A stretch of 64,000 nt of DNA from Phoronis australis (lineage: Eukaryota > Animalia > Phoronida). The notes under the pieces were generated by a model. It was not told where the DNA came from. It saw only the letters and a program-made list of their open reading frames with translations, and did not search any database. The DNA lies in the NCBI GenBank assembly GCA_002633005.1, contig NMRA01000479.1:193690-257689 (forward strand), read 5' to 3'. Shown here piece after piece: positions 12,094 to 25,300 of this stretch (position 1 is the first letter of the stretch; every line of letters starts with the position of its first letter). The position numbers and the translations under genes are program-made.

Positions 12094-14567
12094 CAGGGCT
12101 CGAAGTAACGAGCTGCAGGTCGCATTTGCGACTTGAAATTTTGAAATGCGAGCTGAAGTTTTTGTCAGCTCGTATCAAGTCGCAAAATGCGACCTGGAAT
12201 TTCCAACGAATGCCAGCTGAGTTTTTACACTTCTCGGCAGATACCTGGCAAATATAAAGCAACTATTGTTAATCCGACCATTACTTGGTTGTTGCCAAAT
12301 CCAAGTTCAAAAGACCACTAACTGAGAACAGCCCTCCCGATGACTTGTAAGCAAGTCACGTGACCATGGGATATGCAGAATCGATCTTGGACACGTTTCA
12401 TTGGCTAACATTTTCGGCCACTTTTGCAAATTTCCGGATTTTCCGAAGAAAGTTTCGGGCCACATAACACGTGATAAAACCTCACAAAACAGTGGTGTTT
12501 CTATTAATTCTTAAGCGATCAACTTATCAAACTTTGTGGTGGACAAATATGTTTGTTTTTCGCCCAAGATGTCCTTATTACCTTTACCAAATATCCACGA
12601 CAATATCCCTGATATCGCACTGCGGCACTGGTCGGTCCCGTTGTTAGCGTGCAAGCGGTCCCGGCAAGACAATCGTGACTTAGATATGTGCGCCTCGTTT
12701 TTATCCCATAAGACAGCCAAAGTGAAAATGACAACCTGTTAATCCCCAAACGACGATCGCATCTTTACTTTCAGTTGCCAAGAAATTCTCAAACCTCATT
12801 ACTTGTTTCTGAGGCTACGTGCGCGAAATATGATTTGTCTTTCACTTGTTGCCAACGTAAAGTTTAGGCCTATTCCAGCGATTCAAGTGCGTGAATTCAC
12901 GCGTACGCACCAGTTCAAAGCTACACATCAAAAGAGAACGACGGCAGTCCTAAATGAAAGAGTATACCGGCTTGGCTCTGTTAAGCACCCGGGTGCCAAT
13001 GGTTTATTTGAAAATGAACTCATAGATTTCCGGCGGTTATTAAAGACCTGATGCTTTACGATATTGCCCGGGACGGATGTAACCCAGAACTCATATTTTC
13101 CGGTTCCGATGTTTCTCGAGGTCGATGTTCTCTAAACCCTATATTCTATGCCCGTAGCCAGCTATTGCAACTAAACGGGTACTAGATGCGAGATTGTGGT
13201 TAGCAAACTTTTCATTCTTCTTTTCATACACCTCCCCCCCCGCCCCCTCCCCGGCAACTTTTTGCTCCCTGGACCACCGCCGCCGCAAAAATGTTCAGAC
13301 TCCAATAGAAACAATCATGTTCCAGCTGAAGCGGGCAATTAAAAACAAAACTATTCCAGGTGGCTAAAAAGGGTACAGTGTAGGTGGTAACGATATGCAG
13401 AAAGTCACCCCTACTAGATGGAGTTTGCCTCGCAAAATCGTATTATTATAACGTTTCTTACCATTGTAGTCTTTTAATATCTTATTACCGCAAACACTCA
13501 GGTAAACGACTATGCTAACGCACAAGCCTACTCCTTACCTTTGAAGTGTTTCATAATAAGCGCTCACTGATCTACTATACGTCTCAACTTTTGAGAATTT
13601 CCAATTAAGCGCCCACAGTTTAGGCTTGCGCCCATCATATCACACTACAAATGACCGCGCATGGTTTAAAATTGACTCGCAGCCTATGTGGTGTGTCACT
13701 CTCATTTTACTCAACAAATTCCGTTTTCAAAAAACGTCTTTTCTCAATATGTAAAAACCAAATTCCGGCTTTGTTTTATACCTCCGAAAGAAAGTTAACA
13801 CTAGTGACATACGTGTCGTTTTGTGACTGACCGATTTTTCCCGTACCTGTAAGGTATTGAGCAAACTTGCCATTACGAGATGGAAACTCGCACGGAGGGA
13901 GTCGGGAATTATTTGGAGGCTATTCACTTCATGAAAAACTAATTGTTGAGTACGTAAACAGCATAAGTACCACATTTTTGTTGTGAAATTTGCACTGAAT
14001 TGTTTATTCGGTTAAAGCATCGTTTCACGGATTTTTTTTTCGACAGACGTTTTTCAAACATGAGTTAAGTTGCAAAATTTGGGCTGCAAACAAAAAGCGG
14101 AGGGAATTTGGCCTCGCAGTTACTTTGAATCTTTAACGACTTTGATGACAGCCAGTAGCAGGTCAGACCTAGCAAAATCCCGGGTACTTTTTCAACGGGC
14201 GTTTTCTCCCTTTTCAAATCGCAAACTTAGCTACTCGAATGCACGTGTCAGTTAGAGTGCACTATTTCAACGTTCACGTCGGGAACTTGACTTGCTCTCT
14301 AGATGGCGGTCGTGAAGAACAGTAACGCCGTACCTGCATGAACGAAGTCAGTTTTGGTTTCTGAAATTTGTGAGTATTTAACGCGGCAGGAAAGAGCATA
14401 ATCTAAACATTTTCTTTATGATCTAAAATCAATTTTGGCGCGTAAAAATGGTGGGAAATTTTTGCGACCTGGCATTTATGAATGGGAGCTGGATTTTGGA
14501 AATGCGACCTGGGATTCTGGCTAGGTCGCAAAATGCGACCTGGCGATTTTAATAGCGTCGAGCCCTG
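12094..14567. mobile_element. Non-autonomous hAT-like element
   Basis: TIR CAGGGCTCGA / TCGAGCCCTG with subterminal TCGCAAAATGCGACC repeats at both ends; no clean 8-bp TSD seen. Confidence 0.7.
13376..14336 (-). mobile_element. Repeat nested inside the hAT-like element; same family as 7862-8278
   Basis: Right ~400 bp is homologous to 7862-8278; left boundary (TA|CAGTGTAGG) is tentative. Confidence 0.5.
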
Positions 14568-15124
14568 GACAAGACCCTAACCCGAGCATCATATAGTGAA
14601 AGTATCTGGGTAAGGGACACTTCGCAAGACAAATTGGCTAAGAAGTGTCTGGCATAGTGTGATCTCTGTCGCACTTGAGTACAAAAAAACAGTGATAAAA
14701 TTCAATTATCCACGAAGTGACAAACATAGAACAAAAAAAATGTGAACTTTGTAGACCTAATAAAATAATTCATGTAACGAAACTTACGTTGATATCGTCT
14801 TGTTAAACATAAATCAATGATAGTGAATTGGCGTTGGTCGGCGTAGTAGACGATGTATAATCCAGTTCATGCAGACGAATCTGAAACTGGTTAACATTCA
14901 ATATCGTCATTTTGGCGCGGTGCTATGGTTGATTAAACAGTTGAATGCCACACCCTGCAGTATAATTCACGTCTTTTGTAAACTGGGACACGATGAAATG
15001 AATGAAGCAGAAATCTTACTGTTTTTTACTTCATTATCGAGCCCTGGCGCTTTCCCATTTTAGAAAATTTGTATTGAGGCCGTTGCCTGGTCCCCAGCTG
15101 TATTAGTTTATGTGCATTGTCGGA

Positions 15125-17005
15125 CAGGGACTCATCTAGGATTTGACGAGTCGTGCAAAGCGCAAGTCTGAGGCGCGCGGCGTTGATGGGGGAGGAGGTG
15201 GGGGAGTTGGGGTGGAGGTGGGGGAATTCCCCCACCCGATGAGGAAAAAATTGTTACATAAAAATGGTCATTTCCTTGCATTTTATTTAGCACACTGTTT
15301 GGATGTCTTTTTCTTGTTCAAAGGACGGCACATAGGGAAACTAAACAAAAATTAGAAGGTTTGTTCCATTCAGGATGTGTGTATTGTCACTAGGCTGCAA
15401 AAATCAAGATCTGTAAATCTTTAGTAAGATAATCTAAGTAGAGTTGCATGATAGACAGCATGACTCAATGTATCTTGAAGCTCTCAAAAGAGAAGAGTAA
15501 AATGCAGTTGAGAAACCACTTAAATTGTGAGAAGACAATGAAGTTGCATTCGAAAGGACATGAAGAAATATATTCATGTCTATGTTTCGTTACATCGCAC
15601 AGTAATGCAATTCATGAATCTACAAAAACAAGACCATATCCTCAACAAATTCACAAATCAGTATCACCAGTGTTCAACACGGTTGAAAATCTCTGCTGGA
15701 AAATAGGAGTGACGGCGTATGTGCACTCGCGCGTGTATAACCGGACTTTTCTTTGTAAAGGATCGTGACCAAAAAAACGTCGAAACTCCGTGTTTGAATT
15801 TGGCATTCGTATTTTTACGTTTCTTAAACGTTTTCCCGAGCGCTTTACTCGTAAATTTCACGTTGTTTGGCTACGAGCGTACCCAGTGGTCGCCGGGGAC
15901 ATGGTAGTTGTTACGTCTTCTGCAGTGCATTTTAAGTGGACGCTTTGTTGAATTGAAACTTACCAGGTTGAAAGTCAACCAATGTCTTTCATAGTACGCT
16001 ACAAGAAATTTATTCTTAAAAAGAACCATTCTTTTCTCGCAGTTTAAGAGCCAAATCCCCCGGCCTGATTCACAGCCGAAGTAACAGGTGCTATGCACGT
16101 GACTGGCTGACCTACTTTTTTTCATATACGGCACGCAGTGCCACACACAGAGGATAAACTCGAATCGCCCAATAATCATGGAATTCCACAATAAGATGAA
16201 GTATTTCGAGGCATTTATTTTCATGCTAAGTTACTCATTGAATACGTAACCAACATTACACACCACATTTTTTTCTCGTAAAGTTTGCACTGCATTCTCG
16301 CGCATCAACATAAGTCGTTCGGCCGTGTGGATTTTTTTTGATATTTTTTCATTCATTCATTCGAGTTGCAACGGAGCTATGCGAACAAATTAAGGAAGTT
16401 TGCGTGTTCAACGACATTGATGGCATTTGTACGGCAGGTCAGTGCTAGAATTTTGTCGGGTATCATTTTTTTCGAAGTGTACGTTCTCCGTCGGCTATTT
16501 CAAATTGGCTGCTCCGTCGAATATATCGAGTGCCACTTCAATTTCCGCGTCGGCAACTAGAATTAGGGGTACGGCAAATCCTTTGAACTTCGGGTGTGGG
16601 TTCTTCGATTTCAAAGAGTAAGTGTTCATGTACGGGTAGTTAGCGCTGGATGCAATATTTCTCGACACTAGTCGTGCGGGGGATTCCGTATGAAGTCACC
16701 TTGACGTCACAGAATAGGAAGGTATTCCCCAAAGATGGCTGCCAGTATTTGCTGATCATTGGGAAATTTATAGTGAAAATGGACGGCAAAAGTTTCTAAT
16801 GCCCAGTTATTTCTTAATATTTAGCGAACTTAAACAATGAATTGTAGGCTTCAATGAAATTTATTAATAATAAATGTTAAAATTCTTCGTTTAGCCTTCA
16901 TTTTCGCCGAGGTTGTTTTGGAACAGGCCGTCTTTTTTCCGTTTTGGCCGTGCCGTCCAAAGCCGTCATTTGGGATGGCCAGGACGGCCTCTAGATGAGT
17001 CCCTG
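15125..17005. mobile_element. Non-autonomous hAT element
   Basis: Perfect 15-bp TIR CAGGGACTCATCTAG and perfect 8-bp TSD TTGTCGGA (15117-15124 and 17006-17013). Confidence 0.92.
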
Positions 17006-17069
17006 TTGTCGGATATCCAGGCAGAAACGAGGTACGAAAGGGGATTGGGGATTGAATGATTGTGTTTAA

Positions 17070-18367
17070 AGGCGAAGGCAACCTTTTTTCATGTCACTTT
17101 TAGCAAAAATAAGGTCTGTTGATTATCCCAGGCATATTTTTCACTTAAATACAGCTTTTCATTAATTAATTTTTCGTCCTCTACTCCGGAAGTGATGTTT
17201 TAGGAGGCAATAATTTCGCGCAATTTCTTTTCAATCAGTCAGACTGTGAGAGCTGTCAAGTCAGTCATTGTTCTACCTCGGATGTGATAAGTTCGGTCGT
17301 CTTTTGCTTTTGTTTTCGAGTCGGTTAACATGCCGCACTGTTGCTGTGTACCAGGATGTACTCATTATCGTCTCACGCGCGCTTTGGGTACCTTGCATCG
17401 CTTTCAGAAGGATGACACACTTCGCTGTACTTGGCTAGGTCGTTCGTGTGAAGAACGCAGAGCTACCCGTTCACGCAAAGTACAAAGCAGTGGCAAGCAT
17501 TTTCAGCCATGAGATTACGACAGAGATATGTACGCTGAATTGATGAAGGTTCCTGCGAAAAACACCTGAAGAAGGGTTCCATAGCATCGCTGTTGATTTC
17601 CGGCAGTGCTCCGTCGCCACCCCTGAGAAGTGCGTTTTTGAAGCGAGAAGCCTCGCGAGCTGTGGCCACTATAAACAGTGACTGGAGGCACTTCATCTAC
17701 TGTCACCCATCCCTCCGAACGTACCCCATAGCATGCCATTCCAGGAACTAGCAGTGATTCCCCATGTGCTGTTGTCTCTAGCCCAGAGCCTGTAAGCAGC
17801 CCTGCAGCGATGTTGAGTAGTGGGAGTGAATACAGGCCCAGTTTTACACCCAATGAAAAGGACAGTTCGTCATCCAATGAACAGATGGGTGAGCCTAAGT
17901 TTGATAAGTTTATTGTGGACTTGTATTGGAGCTATTTAGAAGGTGCCACGTGTGTGACGAGGGAGTCACACGGTGGGATGAAAGCAGTTTGGGTGCTCAA
18001 GTCACCATCCACTGGGAGTATGTCGCGGGACACTCGGGCAAGTGGGACAGTTTTTCCTCTGTACGTGAGACAATAATGAGTAGGCAGCAACAGCGTGGCA
18101 TGTTGACTGATTCGTAAACAAAAGCAAACGATGACCGAACTTATCACAACTGAGGTAGGACAATGACTGACTCAACTGCTCTCAGAGTCAGACTGTATGA
18201 AAAGAAATTGGCGCGAAATTCTTGAATCCCAAAACGTCACTTCCAGAGTAGAAGACAAGTAATTAATTAAATTGCAAAAAACCTGTAAATAAGTGAAAAA
18301 TATGTCTGGGATAATCAACGAACCCTATTTTTGCTAAAAATGACATGAAAAAAGGTTACCTTCGCCA
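17070..18367 (+). mobile_element. Kolobok family A derivative with two THAP-side ends
   Basis: TTAA flanks (17066-17069, 18368-18371); termini AGGCGAAGGCAACC; ~300-bp inverted arms; frameshifted THAP gene inside. Confidence 0.85.
17330..18067 (+). pseudogene. Frameshifted THAP-domain transposase N-terminus
   Basis: MPHCCCVPGCTHYRLTRALG...LHRFQKDDTLR..W, then KFDKFIVDL, LFRRCHVC and WEYVAGHSGKWDS in shifting frames; colinear with the intact ORF at 29861 (-). Confidence 0.85.
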
Positions 18368-18537
18368 TTAACGGGGGCACAATTCAAGATCTCATTGTAA
18401 AATTATTAGGCTTCCCTTTGGATCCACAAACGGCGAAGGGTGCCATTTGACTTTAACTTATTCATTATTACTATTGCTAGCGATCATTTTTACTTGCGAT
18501 TTATATTACTAGTGATCAAGTTACCAGCTATCATTTT

Positions 18538-18609
18538 CACCAGCGGTCGTTTCCACCAGCGGTCGTTTCCACCAGCGGTCGTTTCCACCAGCGGTCGTTT
18601 CCACCAGCG
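18538..18609. repeat. 16-bp tandem repeat running into an assembly gap (N 18610-18743)
   Basis: (CACCAGCGGTCGTTTC)n. Confidence 0.85.
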
Positions 18610-18949
18610 NNNNNNNNNNNNNNNNNNNNNNNNNNNNNNNNNNNNNNNNNNNNNNNNNNNNNNNNNNNNNNNNNNNNNNNNNNNNNNNNNNNNNNNNNNN
18701 NNNNNNNNNNNNNNNNNNNNNNNNNNNNNNNNNNNNNNNNNNNAAATCCATGTTAATATAAGGTATGCATCATCAGAGTGTGCAGAACAGTGTGGCACAC
18801 TACTGAAAGAGAATAGTGTGTGTGATCAACTAGAGACATGTTGGGCAGTAACGCAAATCCCCAGTGTGTCGGCATTCTCTCCTGCAACGTTATTTTTGGC
18901 TTTTTGGATAAAAAAGAAAATTTTAAAAAATTGTTCTATTATTGGGTAA

Positions 18950-20295
18950 AGTTTATTTATACAAGATGGCAGTTGTTTCTCCTGTTTTTAAAGATGGTGA
19001 AAAGTCAAGTTGCAAAAATTATAGACCAATATCGGTCCTCCCTGCAGTGTCCAAAATTCTTGAAAGGTGTGTTCAAAAGCAGCTTCACCAGTTCCTGGAG
19101 CAAAATTCCCTTCTCTCGGCAGCACAGTCTGGTTTCTGCCCCTTGCATTCCACTCTTACTACAAACATTCATGCTACTGAGTTTATCTTTAATAATATGG
19201 ATCAGGGGAGGCTAACTGGTGCTGTCTTTGTTGACCTTAAGAAAGCATGTGACACTGTGGACCATGGTGTCCTATTGCAGAAACTAGAGTCTTATGGAGT
19301 TAACGATATCGAACTCCTTTGGTTTAGAAACTACTTATACGACCGTAAACACGCCACCAAATACGGTGGTATACTTTCTGACTACTCAACCGTAATCACG
19401 GGGGTGCCTCAGGGTTCCATTTTGGGCCATCTATTATTCACTATTTTTGTTAACGACCTCCCTACTGTCCTCCACAACAGTGTCCCAGTTTTATACGCTG
19501 ATGACACTACAATTATGTCCACAGCTGGATCAGCAGAAGAACTCGAAACTTCTCTCAACGATGAGCTAGCCCTTATCCATGAGTGGCTGATTCAAAATAT
19601 ACTCACTCTTAATGTTAGTAAAACCAAGTCAATGCTGTTTGGAACCCACCAGAAATTAAAACAACAAAAACTATCCCTTTCTATCAACGGTTCTCGAGAA
19701 TGTTGACAAGTTTAAGTACTTGGGCCTTACTTTAGATCCCAATCTTAAATTTAATATGCACATAGATCATATCACAAAGAAAATTGGTGTACTTAAACGT
19801 CTAGGCAAATTTCTTAATGTCAGTACTCTTAAGACCCTTTACCATTCTATTATTCAGCCTCATATTGATTATTGTTTACCAGTTTGGGGGCACACTAGTG
19901 ACACACTTGTCAGCAAAGTCCAAGTAATCCAAAATAGAGCCGCCAGGGCTATCCTGGGTACTAAAATTAGGGACACTAGGGTTGACGACTTGTATTACAA
20001 GCTGCGATTTATGAAAGTAAGACAAAGAAATAAATATCTCTGTGCCTGTTGTATGTGCAGATGTATCAATGGCTTGGCTCCAGCATATCTCAGCAGTAAA
20101 TTTAATAGCAACCAGGCTGTATATTTTACACTTTCTTCTGTTGCTGGCAATGTTTCTTCTAAAAAAATTAAAACCGAAACGGGCAAGAGATCTTTTATCT
20201 ATGCAGCTGCTATAATATGGAATTCTTTTAGCCCAGAAATTATACGGTCCAATTCAATTACTACCTTTAAAGTAAATAGTAAAAAGTGGCTGTAA
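18950..20295 (+). mobile_element. 5'-truncated CR1/L2-type non-LTR retrotransposon, reverse transcriptase pseudogene
   Basis: NYRPISVLPAVSKILE, QSGF, AVFVDLKKACDTVDH, GVPQGSILG, LYADDT, LNVSKTK, KYLG (frameshift near 19695), YCLPVWG, IQNRAAR. Confidence 0.92.
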
Positions 20296-21956
20296 TTTAC
20301 TTAACCTTTTAGACTCTGCCTGTCTTAATCATGTCATTTTTTCATTGTCGTAAATACTCTCACTGTCTAGAGTCATCTCTTAATTTATTTTATCTGTCTC
20401 AGTTAAATTTTTACCATTATTTGTCATTTAGTTATTGTTTTAATTCTCAACCTGTTTTAATTGTATCTTTGTTACGTATATTGTTGTTTTATTGGCCCTC
20501 TTTATTCTGGGGTATATTTAATACCACAATGTGGGTTGTATGTTCAGTACATGGTGTACCCCCTAAATATGACGCGTTACCCTGATTTTAACTAAATCGG
20601 TTTTTGGCCACAATAAGATTCTCTCACTTCACTCTATGGATGTTACCTGAGCTGCATATTGGCACTTGTTGTCCTAAATTGTTATAAATATGATCCTGAT
20701 GATGTCTAATGAAAAGACGAATCGTTGAATTGAACATGAACTTTTTTATTTGTGCGGCGATCGTCCGATTTTTACCCTGATTTTGTGGTACATTTCGTAC
20801 CATGCTTATGTACGGCACTTGTACTTAAAGGAGAATGCCACCCAAAAAACAACCTATTTTGTATCAGTTTAGATCGAGTAGTTCTACTCGATTACGGCAG
20901 GTACGGTTGCGTTATCTGACGGCAGACGGAGGTGTTGAAATTATCCAATGACGTAATTGGTTTCACACGCAGTCTGTTCAGCAGTTCACAACACGGGTTA
21001 GTGGTGTCAGCTTATCGCTTGAATTCATCGTATAACACCAATAAATCATCAAACTTCAATGTAAAACCCTTAAAAATACACAGAGTTCTTATTAAAACGT
21101 GTTGTTTTATTTCGCTGTTATTTGGACACAGCGTAGCCTACAAAGTTCGGCAGGCCAATTTACCAAGGTCCGTAGCAGGAGTTTGGGGTTTGTTCGGAGA
21201 TAAATTCGAAGTATTCTTCTGTGAAATACAGACAGGATAACGTAGATCTGTGTTGTTTATACTTGTGATTTTTGAGTTCTAAATACACAAAATGCTTGTT
21301 ATCCCGGCCAGTGGCTCGGAACCCGATCAGACCCGTCGCGGCCGGACTGACGGGTTGTTATCCCGGCCAGTGACTCGAAACCCGACCAGGCCCGTCACGG
21401 CCGCTGGGACTGGCACGAACATAAACCAGCTTGAGTTAAAAACTAAACCTCCAGTCACGAAGAGACTTTAAAAAAATGAGCCAAAGAAATAATGTGCACG
21501 TAATTATGTGAATTAGCCACGAAACTGAAAATCTACTTACTTGTCGGGGGCCGCCAAAGTCGGGTTCCCCTTCCACAGACCGTCAGGGCAAAGGTTGTAC
21601 AGTAACAATGATTTGAATAATGTATTTTTATTTCTAAATAAAGATTCCCCTAACATGTGACAATAGCATATAAAATTGAGTAATAGTTTCACAACAGCAA
21701 ACACTGAATTAGCATGCGCTCACACGCCCTCAGTGCCCGGTCAATTACCTTTGTTGCCGGCATCAAATGCCGGTAACGCAGTGGTTTTTTCATTGCTGGC
21801 TTCTCAAAACATTTGCACTCACGAGCACTCCAACTCATTACAAATTGTACCTAATGAGACAAGCTTTGTGATCAGTTTCATATAAGCATTGGTTAGGATC
21901 ATTTTAGGATGAGAATAATTCATTTTGAAACAGAACGCAAAATAATAAACGTCTAC

Positions 21957-22106
21957 ATGGCATCTCGCCTGGCGCCAATCCCGACTTAGTCAAGAGCTCA
22001 TCGGACAAAGACTTCATGGGTCGGATCGTTAGGTTTCACAGCCTATCAGTTCGAACCAGAATACACTGATCAAGAAATACTAGAGTGGCGCCGTGAACCT
22101 GCATAG
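21957..22106 (+). pseudogene. KolX-like N-terminal remnant
   Basis: AYQFEPEYTDQEILEWRREPA* from 22041; the YxFEPEY motif is shared with the KolX ORF at 28768. Confidence 0.6.
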
Positions 22107-22109
22107 GCA

Positions 22110-22357
22110 ATGGAACGTATGGATAGTTCTTTGGTAAGCCGGAATTCGTCAGAGAAATTGCTGTCGACGAAATGCCGGCAACAAATACGGAGATGTTTCA
22201 CGGCCTCATACTCGCTATTAACAGCATATCTTTCATTCTTCACTACCGCGAGCCACTTCCTAAGCATTTCGGGCTCTCGAGGAAGCCGAAAAACGATAAT
22301 ACCCGCTTTCTTTGCAGCTTCTTAGTTCGGACAAGCGGGAACTGATGCACCGCAATA
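22110..22357 (-). pseudogene. THAP domain remnant (Kolobok B transposase)
   Basis: VPACPN*...VFRLPREPEMLRKWLAVVKN...HLRICCRHFVDSNF, i.e. THAP C2CH with conserved P, W, F. Confidence 0.8.
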
Positions 22358-25300
22358 TAGCGGCGTTCACTCTGCAGACGAACCACTGAGGTCACTGCGT
22401 CGCTTCTCACCTTCCTCACAGGTTAACGCGAAACCTCTCAGAAAGGTGAGGTCTACCGTATAAGAGACGATGTGGATATAGACCGATTAAGACGGTAAAA
22501 AAGACTAATTAAATCGGGTGGCATTCTCCTTTAAAACTGTTGTGTTTATACTAATACTCAATAAATGTCAAATCGGTTCATCTTTTGTTATTCTAATGCA
22601 AATAAAGGTTTACCGATGCAGTGTTAATTACAAAACTGGCATAAATAATTGACTCTTGGAAGACCAAGACCATCAAACAATGCTTCTTTCTACCTCTGCC
22701 AATCACATTTGTGAATGCTACTAAAACAAACACTTTTCTATTGCCTGTCATTTCAAAGTTAGAGAGAGAGAGTGTATTGCCACTCTTCACGTTCACTTAC
22801 ATTTTTTGTAATAAATTACGTTGTAGTCAATAATTAAGTTTAATTTGGACAAATATGACTGCCATCTTGTGGCTGCTATAAGAAGCACACCCTTCACTTC
22901 ATAATTGTATGTTCCTTGCTGTTTCTACTCTAGTATGTGCTGATTGTGAGCTGACGTTTTGCATTTGAGTCTTGGCATCTTGTTTTTCCTTTTTGATAAA
23001 AATGATTCACTTAATATGCCATGAGACTGCATTCTATCCTTGCTACCTAACAAGACCTCATACAGTTTTTTATACATGTTACAGTCCTAAGGAAGGTGTG
23101 AGGCTCCAGAACATGGTTTTCCATCAGGACATTTTTCTTTGATTTTTTCCTGCATTCTCTCATCCATGCTTCCTTTCAGTGGAGAGGGAATTCAATTATT
23201 ATATTAAGTCAGTTAGATTAATTACGCATGGTCTAGGCCCAGAAGATAAACCATGGTGGCCAGCAACCTGTATTGTTTTTATTAGGATGATTGATGCATG
23301 TACTCAGATATATTCTGGAAATTAAACCTGCATTGATCTTTACAAGTTGCAAACCAAGTGAAGGCAGCCATCATAACAAACACACAACTATGGATGGTTT
23401 CTGTTCTTAGCTTATCAGTTTTTTGGTTGCATTAAGAGTGTTTTTTGCTAATTGTTACGTAAGGTCCAGTTGCAAAGGGTTAATTTTTAATTTTAACTAT
23501 GGCTTAAATTTTGTCCAAATTATAGTGTTCATTCTTCTACAGTAAGTGACCTTGTTATATACTAGAGTAATCTAACCCAGCTTATTGCAGAAGTTTTTGT
23601 TGATAATAAATATCTCCTGGTGTGTCAATTAGTGGTATTTAGAATGAAGGAGTTGCAGTCTATAGGCCCTTTCATATTAACTTAACTCCGGTCCGAGCGG
23701 AGCGTCGACGTAAACAGCGCAGTTAACTGGACCGTTCATACTGGCTTCGGTAGTTAATGACCATCGAAGTAAATGGTTGGTGACGCTGACGTGATCGAAG
23801 TTATCGCAAGGTAGCGCAAAGTTTTTGAAATTAATTTTAAAGCGCTTTACCATAGCAGCGATCAATATTGTGATTTATTAACTTGGTAATTGGTTTATAA
23901 GTCAATAATCTGTCCAAAACACATAATTATATTTTTTTTGGATTTCGAACTGATTTTACATTTGGATGACAGTTGGTAAAAACTCCAACTTTTGTTATTG
24001 TCCTCAGTTTCTCTTTTGTCTTAAATTAGAGAAATTGTTTTGATTAACGAGAATGTATATCTGCAGGTCGGGCATGACAGATGATCAGAATTATTCTAAC
24101 ATGTAAATGTGCTGTGCTTCAACGTAATTACATATGCTGCTGTGGAAATGGAAATTGCAATGCAGTACCATTTTATGTTGAGGGAAAGAAAAAATAGATT
24201 GTCTCACTGAAAACAAATGGCTTGTTCATTTATTTCTTGATAAGAAAAATTGGCTGGGTCAAATGTCTGAAGGCTCTGCTCATAAAAGTTATCGATTGGT
24301 TTTATGTGTTGTAGACCATACAGTTGTGATAAAACGCTTTTGATAAACAAATGCCGTTTTAATGTATTTTAAAGTTCATTTAGGGAATTGTATCTCTTTT
24401 TATTGGCTGAACCATCACCAATAAATTAATTGAGGAGTTTGGCACATTTTGTTTCCAAGAGTTGATGGTTGTAGAGACCACACAAGTGTGCCTTGACAGG
24501 ATGTTAATATTTTCAAGTCTACTCATTTAATAATTAAGCAATAACCATTATCATTAGTATGAAGCACCAGTAGTCTTTCTATGGTATCTGTAATTTAACT
24601 GTGTGAATTGTTTTAAATATTAGCCACTTATTCAAAATTGATTTCAATGACAAAATTTGTTTACTTTATGCTGAAACATAAAATCAGTATAGTTCGCTAG
24701 GAGCCCTTCGTTAACACAAACTTTATTGAAAACATGACTGATCTTTTTGTTAGAAAGCTTGATACAGAGTTGCTGGTAGAGTCCCAGAACACCAGAGATA
24801 TAACAAACAAACAAACAAATTAAAACACTAGCTATATTTCAAGACTGCATGTCTCATCGTAAGGCAATTAGTGGAATGAACCTGTACGAAGTGAAATAAA
24901 CAGAAAAATACATGTGACAGCAGGAAGAGGGTATACAAGCAGAGAGTGTGAATGCAACACTCCGTGGAAGTCCACAAGCCTAACAAAAACAGCCATAGCC
25001 AACATGTGATACAAACTTGTGAGCTGCTCATTCAACACAGGTTTTTTGTGACTGATCAATAGGTATTTCACAATCTTAAACCGAAATGTGTCATTTTCAA
25101 CATAGCGGTCTTGGTAATGGCGATTTCTCGCTTCCTGGGGTAGGTGCTGCCGCTAATTGTCTTCAAATGACAATATCAAGACTATTTCAGCAGCAGCTGA
25201 AAGAAAGCAAGGTAAAGTAAATGTCAATTTGTTACTTAGGCTCACTACTCTGCATGATTTAGCTTTATTTTGCAAGCCACAAGTTATGTTAATGTTTTTG

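Larger units (their letters stand above)
20829..22530. mobile_element. Kolobok family B, internally deleted
   Basis: TTAA flanks (20825-20828, 22531-22534); 15-bp TIR AGGAGAATGCCACCC; KolX-like and THAP remnants face each other; second copy at 39011. Confidence 0.85.

Noticed and set aside
15871-16224. 117-aa minus-strand ORF inside the hAT element as a possible transposase remnant
   Set aside because: No diagnostic hAT motifs could be recognised.
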